Position numbers and translations under genes: made by a program | In this document: positions 1-7,045 of the stretch, piece after piece | Layout of the letters: the number at the start of each line of letters is the position of its first letter | How positions within the stretch are numbered: the first letter of the stretch is position 1 | Notes under the pieces: generated by a model | Told to the model about the DNA's origin: nothing | Database searches by the model: none | Seen by the model: the letters and a program-made list of their open reading frames with translations, nothing else | DNA from: an uncultured bacterium | Lineage (GTDB): Bacteria > JAJVIF01 > JAPKYR01 | Direction of reading: 5' to 3' | Assembly (NCBI GenBank): GCA_965369865.1 | Contig: CBDURU010000115.1 | Coordinates: forward strand, 1-11,371 | Length of the DNA: 11,371 nt

Positions 1-321
1 ATGAGAACTCCGGAAATACAGTTAGCAAAAAATACCTGTTAAGTGGGATTGGTCTAAGAGGCGAAAAGAGGTGTCCCCGATCTCGAATCAATATATAATT
101 AATAGGATTGGACTAAGACTAATCCCATTAATTAAATATCGATTCGTATCAGACCCTCCTAAAACCTGCCTTCGCTGGCGCTCAGGCCGATTTTACGAGG
201 GGCCACCATGAGAACTCCGGAAATACAGTTAGCAAAAAATACCTGTTAAGTGGGATTGGTCTAAGAGGCGAAAAGAGGTGTCCCCGATCTCGAATCAATA
301 TATAATTAATAGGATTGGACT
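1..321. repeat. 114-bp exact direct repeat (1-114 and 208-321; 207-bp period) with imperfect inverted repeats in the unit
   Basis: ATGAGAACTCCGG...AATAGGATTGGACT is identical at 1-114 and 208-321. Inverted repeats: 84-110/120-146 (23/27 match) and 154-170/185-201 (14/17 match). Confidence 0.95.
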
Positions 322-450
322 TAGGACTGGCCGACTTACATGGAGTACGACACCGCAAACCCGGTAGGAGCATAATTTTTAATCCTGTTTAAGAGGTGGC
401 TTTAAAAGTGCAGAAAAGGTATAGTTTTTAGAACCTGAGGGGTGAAAACG

Positions 451-924
451 ATGAAACTTACCGCGATTATCGGGCTAATGGCCGTCATAGTTATTTTTAC
501 AGTATCAGTGTCCTGCGTATCCGACCAGGGTTCAAACCAGGGAGTACAAGAGGGGGAAACGGCGACTGAAGATTCACGGGAGACCGGGTCCGAACCCACC
601 GAAAATAATCTTGCCGATCCCACTGGCGAAACAGAAGAAGATGTTTCCATGGCCGACTTGAACAAAGGATTGAGAGTCTGGCTCAACGCCGGTTGTACCG
701 ACTGTCATCAAATAGGTGACGATCCCGGCAGTAACATCGGTCCTAACCTGACCGATGTGGGCGACATGTTTACGAGGGATGAATTAATCAGGTGGTTACG
801 TAATCCCCTGGACGTGGATCCGGAGGCGACAATGCCCGCGCAGACAATGAGCGACGAGGACCTTGAATACCTCGCAAGGTATCTAAGCCTCATTTCGACC
901 GATACCCCTTCCGCAGAGGATTAA
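451..924 (+). CDS. Membrane-anchored (probable lipoprotein) class I monoheme cytochrome c
   Basis: Hydrophobic N-terminus ending ...VSVSC, acidic linker, CXXCH heme motif (CTDCH), GPNLTDVG segment and distal Met (ATMP). RBS GAGGGG at 437-442 favours ATG 451 over GTG 442. Confidence 0.88.
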   Translation: MKLTAIIGLMAVIVIFTVSVSCVSDQGSNQGVQEGETATEDSRETGSEPTENNLADPTGETEEDVSMADLNKGLRVWLNAGCTDCHQIGDDPGSNIGPNLTDVGDMFTRDELIRWLRNPLDVDPEATMPAQTMSDEDLEYLARYLSLISTDTPSAED

Positions 925-1081
925 TACAGTTCAAAATAATTATTATGAGAATGGAAGTAGCATGGCGGTAACCCTGACCGATCAAACTTCCTCGATTGCA
1001 CTTTTAGAAAGAATTCTTAATTTTCAGGATCGGTAATTTATAAAATTTGATACATAGTGAGAGGAAATAAGGTTTATATGC

Positions 1082-1110
1082 TTGACAATTCATTTTATCA
1101 GAATTATATT
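1082..1110 (+). promoter_or_regulatory. Sigma70-type promoter of the marR gene
   Basis: TTGACA (1082-1087), 17-bp spacer, TATATT (1105-1110). Confidence 0.75.
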
Positions 1111-1117
1111 ATCAATG

Positions 1118-1130
1118 GTTAAATATTAAC
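1118..1130. promoter_or_regulatory. Putative MarR autoregulatory operator GTTAA-ATA-TTAAC
   Basis: Short palindrome just downstream of the -10 box, near the expected start site; MarR proteins commonly autorepress at such sites. Confidence 0.45.
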
Positions 1131-1156
1131 TACTCTCAAAGGTACGTTGGTAAGCT

Positions 1157-1723
1157 ATGAAATCGAATGGAAAACTCGTAATGGACGAATTTATCGGTCA
1201 TCTCCAATTGATGGCGTTCCTGACACGTCATTACATTGAGAGCAGATTTATCGAGGAAGCGACCGAAAGACCTCTCAGTTACGTCCACATGAATCTGCTG
1301 AGGATTTTGGATAACCATCCCGGCGAAACAGTCGGCGATATCGCCCGTTACATGAAAGTCAGCTATCCTGCGGCCACTAAAACAATAGACAAACTGGTGC
1401 GCTTTGGACTTCTTAAGCGTCGCGAGAATCCGCACGATCGAAGGATTGCGCACCTCCATTTAACCTCTTCCGGCAAGAAAATAGTTGAGAAATACCACCA
1501 CCTTAAAAAAGCGGAAATTGAAAGGGTTATTAACGATCTGGGGATTGAAAATGCGAGGCTTCTCAATCAGCAAATGCATGAATTTTCCAAGGTTCTGGTA
1601 AATTCAGCCCCGATCACCAAAGCCGTCTGCATGCAGTGCGGGACATACGATCCGGATATTTGCACGGTAAAAACAAATGGCAAATCATGCGGCTACCTTG
1701 ATTCAATTAAAGAGTCTGAATAA
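1157..1723 (+). CDS. MarR-family transcriptional regulator with C-terminal Cx2Cx7Cx8C motif
   Basis: Winged HTH (TVGDIARYMKVSYPAATKTIDKLVRFGLLKR), DRR wing motif (PHDRRIAHLHLTSSG), tail CMQC-x7-C-x8-C. Confidence 0.92.
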   Translation: MKSNGKLVMDEFIGHLQLMAFLTRHYIESRFIEEATERPLSYVHMNLLRILDNHPGETVGDIARYMKVSYPAATKTIDKLVRFGLLKRRENPHDRRIAHLHLTSSGKKIVEKYHHLKKAEIERVINDLGIENARLLNQQMHEFSKVLVNSAPITKAVCMQCGTYDPDICTVKTNGKSCGYLDSIKESE

Positions 1724-1752
1724 CCGAAATGTCAAAAGTTTGAAATTCTTCC

Positions 1753-1774
1753 ATGACCCGTCAGGGTCGTTTTT
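1753..1774 (+). terminator. Intrinsic terminator after marR
   Basis: ATGACCC-GTCA-GGGTCGT hairpin followed by a T-rich tract. Confidence 0.75.
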
Positions 1775-1859
1775 GTTATTGGGAAAGACTGTAAATTCCT
1801 TGAATATTATGATTTTTATTAGTGCAAAGCCATAAATCCCACCTGATATTTTGTAACTA

Positions 1860-1878
1860 TTGAGTATACTGTACTCAA
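1860..1878. promoter_or_regulatory. HAIR-like operator (HspR-associated inverted repeat)
   Basis: TTGAGT-atactgt-ACTCAA matches the core of CTTGAGT-N7-ACTCAAG with exact 7-bp spacing; it lies 10 bp upstream of a TTGACA box, ahead of dnaJ. Confidence 0.75.
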
Positions 1879-1888
1879 CTCAATTCTC

Positions 1889-1919
1889 TTGACAACATTA
1901 GATTAATGAGGTACATACT
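1889..1919 (+). promoter_or_regulatory. Sigma70-type promoter of the ORF110-dnaJ-methyltransferase unit
   Basis: Perfect TTGACA at 1889-1894. The -10 is imperfect: TACATA at 17-bp spacing or CATACT at 19-bp spacing. Confidence 0.55.
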
Positions 1920-1957
1920 AAACGGATATTTGTGATCTTACAAATATAGTAAGGTTT

Positions 1958-2290
1958 TTGAATGTGAATTCATCAGATATGGAAAATAATGGAAAATCAG
2001 CTGGCTTTATTCTGACAGAGCTGGTTCTTCGCTGGAATGACAGGGATTTTCGTCTGACCTATGAAACCGTGTTGGACGCATTTGATTCGGCCGGTTATGG
2101 CAAATTAACCGATAAGGATACTACGTATTACATAAAGGTGAATGGCGATTTGAAATCCTTACAGGAAGTGATTGGGCGGATCGTTCCGATTAACTATGAC
2201 CAGTTCACCCCGGAAATGATGAAAATGGTCTGTGATATTTTCGAGGGCCTTGGATTCGAGGTTCTCGATCGACGAAAACACCACCTTTAA
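1958..2290 (+). CDS. Small hypothetical protein resembling stand-alone winged-helix-like domains (SCO5918 / ScoMcrA N-terminal-like); start may be ATG 1979
   Basis: Pattern F.LT.E.VL.A...YYI.VNG...(K)...V....F.......LGFEV recognised by eye; sits between the promoter and dnaJ on the same strand. Confidence 0.6.
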   Translation: MNVNSSDMENNGKSAGFILTELVLRWNDRDFRLTYETVLDAFDSAGYGKLTDKDTTYYIKVNGDLKSLQEVIGRIVPINYDQFTPEMMKMVCDIFEGLGFEVLDRRKHHL

Positions 2291-2336
2291 AAAAAAATAT
2301 GTACAGACTGGGTGATAGCGGGAATATAAAACGGAA

Positions 2337-3464
2337 ATGACAGATAAACGAGATTATTACGAAATCCTCGGCGTCGACAAGGGCGCTACACAGAAGCAGG
2401 TCAAGGACGCCTATCGCCGCCTGGCAAGGAAACTCCATCCCGACGTAAATCCCGATCCGGGGGCCGCGGACAAATTCAAGGAAGTCGGTGAAGCGTATGC
2501 GGTCGTTTCCGACCCGGAGAAGCGCCAGCAGTACGATCAATTCGGACACCAGGCATTCCAGTCGGGCATGGGCGGCCCAGGCGGATACCAGGGTGGTATG
2601 CACATTGATATCGAAGACCTGTTGAGCGGACGGGCCGGTGGCGGTCTGGGGGATATCTTCGAGGAACTTTTCGGAGCCGCGAGGGGCGGGAGAGCCAGAG
2701 GTCGTCAGGCTCGCAAGGGTGCCGACCTCCAGTTTGTTGTCGACCTTAGTTTCGAAGATGTCGCCAAAGGATTGAATAAAACTTTAAGGTTCCGCCGTCA
2801 CGTTACATGCGGTACATGCGCTGGTTCGGGCGGTGCACCGGGTACTCAGCCCGCAACATGCCCGGTATGTCACGGACGCGGACAGGTCGGCCAGACCCGC
2901 GGCTTCATGACGTTCACTCAAACCTGCCCGAGATGTCATGGCGCCGGTCAGATCAATCCTGTTGACTGCAATGAATGCTCGGGAAAGGGCATGGTGGAAA
3001 AAGAGGAATCGCTTCAGATCAAGATCCCGGCGGGTGTCGACACAAACTCGAAAGTCCGGTATGAGGGTATGGGTGAAGCCGGCATGGGCGGGGGGCCTCC
3101 CGGTGACCTTTATATCATCGCGCGCGTTACCGAACACGATTTCTTCGTGAGGAAAGGCGACAACCTTTTCTGCGAGATCCCGATCACGTTATATGAAGCC
3201 GTCCTTGGCGCAAAAATTCGGGTGCCGACTTTAACCGGAACCTCAACGGTTAATATCCCGCAGGGAGCTTCAACCGGTGAAATGATTACAATCAAGGGAA
3301 AAGGAATGCCCCACCTTCGCGGATGGGGTGCGGGAGATCAGATTATCAAATTGAAAGTTATCACCCCGTCAGGATTGTCGAGGGACCAGAAAAAGCTTTA
3401 CAAGAACCTCCAGGAACTGGACAAAACCGACGTACGCAGACATCTTAAGACCGGCACACGCTAA
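2337..3464 (+). CDS. dnaJ: Molecular chaperone DnaJ (class A Hsp40)
   Basis: J-domain (DYYEILGV, HPD), G/F-rich region, four CxxCxGxG repeats (CGTCAGSG, CPVCHGRG, CPRCHGAG, CNECSGKG), C-terminal domain with GDLY. Confidence 0.98.
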   Translation: MTDKRDYYEILGVDKGATQKQVKDAYRRLARKLHPDVNPDPGAADKFKEVGEAYAVVSDPEKRQQYDQFGHQAFQSGMGGPGGYQGGMHIDIEDLLSGRAGGGLGDIFEELFGAARGGRARGRQARKGADLQFVVDLSFEDVAKGLNKTLRFRRHVTCGTCAGSGGAPGTQPATCPVCHGRGQVGQTRGFMTFTQTCPRCHGAGQINPVDCNECSGKGMVEKEESLQIKIPAGVDTNSKVRYEGMGEAGMGGGPPGDLYIIARVTEHDFFVRKGDNLFCEIPITLYEAVLGAKIRVPTLTGTSTVNIPQGASTGEMITIKGKGMPHLRGWGAGDQIIKLKVITPSGLSRDQKKLYKNLQELDKTDVRRHLKTGTR

Positions 3465-3478
3465 CCGGAAATTAAAAC

Positions 3479-4219
3479 ATGTATCATATTTCCAACCAGG
3501 ATAAATGGTCGAAATATATCGAACGTTACCGTAATGGCGAATGGCGTTCACCAATTTTTCATGACATGATCCTCGATGACGCCGTACGATTCGATGAGTG
3601 CGGAACCTTTCTGGATATCGGGTGTGGAAGGGGTTTCGACGATCATCCGAAATTGCAGAAATCGCTGATCGAATCGTGCGGAAAGTACATTGGAATCGAA
3701 CCTGACAGCGATATCCGGTTAATTCCGGAGTTGTATGAAATTCACAGGTGCACCTTCGATGAAGCCCCGATCGAAAATTCATCAATTCATATCGCTTTCG
3801 CGGTTATGGTGCTTGAACACATTCCCGATCCTGAAGCGTTCTTTTCAAAACTCCGAAAAATTCTGGTACCGGGAGGTATTTTCTGGGGATTTACAGTAGA
3901 TTCGCGCCACTATTTCACCACGCTCTCCCGCATGGCTGAACGTCTTCGATTCAAGAATCTTTACCTTAACCTGGTGCATGGAAAACAAGAGTATGGCCGC
4001 TATGAGAACTACCCGACCCATTATCTTGTCAACTCGCCTGGACGGATTAGTAAGCAGGCGCGGGAATTTTCAAAAATTGACTTCGTAAGTTTTTCCCGGG
4101 TCGGGCAACTTGATTTCTATTTCCCTAAATGGTTTCGACCGCTGGCGCATACAATCGATCGAAAGATGATCGACTCGGGAAAACCCGGATTGACGCTCGC
4201 CGTGCGCGTTGAGAAGTAA
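3479..4219 (+). CDS. Class I SAM-dependent methyltransferase, substrate unknown
   Basis: Motif I LDIGCGRG, acidic GIEP, VLEHIPDP and LVPGG motifs; starts 14 bp after the dnaJ stop. Confidence 0.9.
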   Translation: MYHISNQDKWSKYIERYRNGEWRSPIFHDMILDDAVRFDECGTFLDIGCGRGFDDHPKLQKSLIESCGKYIGIEPDSDIRLIPELYEIHRCTFDEAPIENSSIHIAFAVMVLEHIPDPEAFFSKLRKILVPGGIFWGFTVDSRHYFTTLSRMAERLRFKNLYLNLVHGKQEYGRYENYPTHYLVNSPGRISKQAREFSKIDFVSFSRVGQLDFYFPKWFRPLAHTIDRKMIDSGKPGLTLAVRVEK

Positions 4220-4269
4220 ATCTTAATCCTAAATTGAAAGTTGCGGGTAGATTTCCAGAAGCGGGTGTC

Positions 4270-4899
4270 TCAATCCATCCTGAACCCGGTAGGCATATGC
4301 CAGAATCGCGGGCATATTTGAATCACCAGGTCCTGTGGTGCTTCATGACCTTTCATGCTAACCCTGAACGCCCTAATAATTATGGTTTCAGCCAGTCCCG
4401 GAAACGCGCTTCCATCGGTAGAACCGTCTGGATCCTGTTTCACCGGTATATCTTTAAATTCGTTCGTTTGGATTGTGAACATCCCATCATCGGACAGGTC
4501 TTCAAGGAGATACCTGAAAATTCCCAGTTCACTGTCATCCTGGAAGAAAAATTTCTCTGGCATTCGTACAGCGTGGATACCTTTCCCATAGTGAGAGTAA
4601 CAGGCATCCACAAACGCACCCCTGCCCCATTCATTTTCGGAAATGTCCGGTTCGAAATCAAACCAGACCTCAGTCGCGAATTTACTCGCAGCGTCCAGAA
4701 ACAACTGTCTCAGGATTTTGATGCTTACCGGGAGGTTCTCGCTTCGGCTGTCCCCATCGGGTGGAATTTCAGGGAGTTCAATAATGTTATAGACATTCAG
4801 CCACCGGTCCCAATCGGGAGAATATTCAGGGAAACAAATCGCCTTTCCCTCAGGTTTATTAAACTCACTACTTTCAAAATATTCCGGTCGAGGCGTCAT
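4270..4899 (-). CDS. Hypothetical acidic soluble protein
   Basis: 209-aa ATG-started ORF, 7 bp downstream of the neighbouring minus-strand gene; protein-like composition, no recognisable motif. Confidence 0.7.
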   Translation of the reverse strand: MTPRPEYFESSEFNKPEGKAICFPEYSPDWDRWLNVYNIIELPEIPPDGDSRSENLPVSIKILRQLFLDAASKFATEVWFDFEPDISENEWGRGAFVDACYSHYGKGIHAVRMPEKFFFQDDSELGIFRYLLEDLSDDGMFTIQTNEFKDIPVKQDPDGSTDGSAFPGLAETIIIRAFRVSMKGHEAPQDLVIQICPRFWHMPTGFRMD

Positions 4900-4906
4900 G
4901 ATTTAT

Positions 4907-5641
4907 CTATTGTACCAGATTAGAATCATGGACATATTGTTTTCGGTAACCTGTTACCCCAAGGATAAGAATTACCAGGCCCAGTAAGGCGCTTAATATT
5001 CCATGTATTGTCAGCGGATCCACTAACAGCGCACTGATAATCACACTTATGCCAGCCCAGACAACTGCTTGATATCCGGGACGGAGTGATCCAGCCAGTA
5101 TCAGGGCACCAAGGAATAAAAACACCGGAGTGAGCGTAACCCCGAATGATGTTGGAAATCCGTATGTAAACAATGATGAGCCGGGATTTAACGGCACCGG
5201 GACAAACGGATACCATATCGCAAATACGGCTATTATAATGCCGAACCATTGCCTGGCGGTTGGATTCCTGGAACTCCACGACTCCGGACCGAAACTGTCA
5301 AATTTTGTAAAATTTTTAAAATGATCGATGATCAGAAAGATAATGGAAACCGAGCAGAGGATTATCCCCCCGGCACCCGACCTCAGCAGGTAAACCCTCA
5401 TCGCAGGTGTGGGAGAATCTGAGACCAGCCCGTAAATTAACCAGGTCATGTACGGTACAAACAGCACAATTAAAAAATATACGCATAAAAACCAACGAAT
5501 GTACCGCCATCCACGATCATTGTGCCACCATAAAGAGAGAAACATGAAGAGACCGAGAATTTGAAGAAGCAGCCCGATAAATTTTACCCTTTCGAGCTGC
5601 CAGGCGATATAGTGTGAAATTTCAGGATAACTGCCCATCAA
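4907..5641 (-). CDS. Multi-pass integral membrane protein (weak DUF6064-like resemblance)
   Basis: Roughly 7 hydrophobic segments; the WYP...P..FG...TP...LG.L pattern recalls DUF6064 (unverified). Confidence 0.75.
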   Translation of the reverse strand: MMGSYPEISHYIAWQLERVKFIGLLLQILGLFMFLSLWWHNDRGWRYIRWFLCVYFLIVLFVPYMTWLIYGLVSDSPTPAMRVYLLRSGAGGIILCSVSIIFLIIDHFKNFTKFDSFGPESWSSRNPTARQWFGIIIAVFAIWYPFVPVPLNPGSSLFTYGFPTSFGVTLTPVFLFLGALILAGSLRPGYQAVVWAGISVIISALLVDPLTIHGILSALLGLVILILGVTGYRKQYVHDSNLVQ

Positions 5642-5723
5642 ATATTGACCAACCGTTAATCGGGTCTTTAGGACACCGTTTACCTATGGTAACATACCAC
5701 GGCAGGAGGAATATAAAGTAAAA

Positions 5724-6776
5724 ATGAAAATCCTTATCGAGCTTTACGATCACCGGTATGATATCTGGAATTATCCTGAGTGGGCGATTGGCGAAACAAA
5801 GGCGCTTGCATACGATGCTGACGTGGTAACAGTCGCAAGTGATAAACAACTTGAAGAGCATCTCCCGACCGTTGAGATTTTTTTCGGATGGTCACTTTCT
5901 GAGGAACGATTTGCCATGGCTGAAAAGCTGAAATGGCTGCATTCCGCTTCCGGCGATGTCTTTCATCAACTTTTCCCGGCATTCCTTGACAGCGATGTTG
6001 TCCTGACAATGTCCAGGGGAACCAGGGCTGCCGCGATCGCCGAACATGCCCTGGGCATGATGCTGTATTTCGGCCGCCAGTTTCATATCTGCGTGCGAAA
6101 CCAGATGCGTGCCCACTGGGCCAGGGGTACAGCCTGGGACCATTTCCCCCACTTCAAGGAGCTTGTTGGCTGCACCCTTGGGGTTATCGGGCTGGGCAGA
6201 ATCGGCAGGGAACTGGCTAAAAGGGGACATGCTCTCGGGATGCAGGTAATCGCCACGACCAAGCGTGATCCAAGTAAAAAGCCTGATTATGTGAATTACC
6301 TCGGCCCTCCCGAAGACCTGCCCCTGCTTCTGGAGGAAAGTGACTTCCTTGTCTGCTGTATTCCCGAAACCGGCGATACGGAATACATCATGGGATATAA
6401 AGAATTCGCCAAGATGAAGGATGATGCGTACTTCTTCAATGTTGGAAGAGGAAGCGCGGTAAATGAGGATGAACTTGTCGAGGCATTAATGGACCACAAA
6501 ATCGCCGGTGCAGGACTGGATTCATTTGAGAGGGAACCACTCTCGGATGACAGCTACCTGTGGCGTCTTGAGGGCACCCTGATTACCCCAAGAATTGCAG
6601 GAATCGGTCCGCATTTCTGGAAAAGGACCCACGAGCACTGGCTGAACAATCTGCGGCATTACCTCAATGATGAACCAATGGAAAACGAGATTGACAAGGA
6701 AGCGTGGAAGCGCAGGCTTGATGCTGAACAGGCTGAAGTTGAAAACAATGCGGACAAAAATGCGGATACGCAATAA
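5724..6776 (+). CDS. D-isomer-specific 2-hydroxyacid dehydrogenase family protein with atypical active site
   Basis: AEHA, Rossmann GVIGLGRIG, NVGRG, LDSFEREPL; TPRIAG in place of the canonical TPH(I/V)AG. Confidence 0.92.
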   Translation: MKILIELYDHRYDIWNYPEWAIGETKALAYDADVVTVASDKQLEEHLPTVEIFFGWSLSEERFAMAEKLKWLHSASGDVFHQLFPAFLDSDVVLTMSRGTRAAAIAEHALGMMLYFGRQFHICVRNQMRAHWARGTAWDHFPHFKELVGCTLGVIGLGRIGRELAKRGHALGMQVIATTKRDPSKKPDYVNYLGPPEDLPLLLEESDFLVCCIPETGDTEYIMGYKEFAKMKDDAYFFNVGRGSAVNEDELVEALMDHKIAGAGLDSFEREPLSDDSYLWRLEGTLITPRIAGIGPHFWKRTHEHWLNNLRHYLNDEPMENEIDKEAWKRRLDAEQAEVENNADKNADTQ

Positions 6777-6812
6777 ATTCGGGTATTTATATTATCGTAT
6801 TAAGACAGAGCC

Positions 6813-6843
6813 ACCCGCCTGGTATATAAATCAGGCGGGTTTT
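6813..6843 (+). terminator. Probable intrinsic terminator after the dehydrogenase gene
   Basis: ACCCGCCTGG-tatataaa-TCAGGCGGGT hairpin followed by a short T tract. Confidence 0.65.
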
Positions 6844-7018
6844 CCGGTGCAGATTGAACCTCTCTTAAACTTAAATTGTTGCAAAATGCTCCGATTGTCG
6901 GTCAGTTGGTAAGTATGCGCGCACTGAAGTGTTTTCCAACCGGTCCTGCATTTCCCATAAACAAGGATTTCGAGAGTATATTGATTCTAATCCAGCCTAT
7001 TGTTACAAGTCGGCTGAT

Positions 7019-7035
7019 TTGGCATAGATTGTGTA
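7019..7035 (+). promoter_or_regulatory. Possible sigma54 (-24/-12) promoter
   Basis: TTGGCA-TAGATT-GTGTA: good -24 box; -12 has GT instead of GC at the GG-N10 position. Confidence 0.4.
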
Positions 7036-7045
7036 TTGAACTACC

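Noticed and set aside
208..249. 13-codon ORF MRTPEIQLAKNTC in each repeat copy, preceded by GAGGGG
   Set aside because: Too short to support; no evidence beyond the SD-like sequence.
1802..1828. CIRCE (HrcA) element upstream of dnaJ
   Set aside because: Only a partial right half (TAGTGCAAA); no TTAGCACTC-like left half at 9-bp spacing.
3479..4219. prmA, which often follows dnaJ
   Set aside because: It lacks the PrmA N-terminal domain and the FGTGxH motif.
4234..4923. 229-aa plus-strand ORF
   Set aside because: Antisense shadow of 4270-4899, which has an ATG start and operon-like spacing with its upstream gene.
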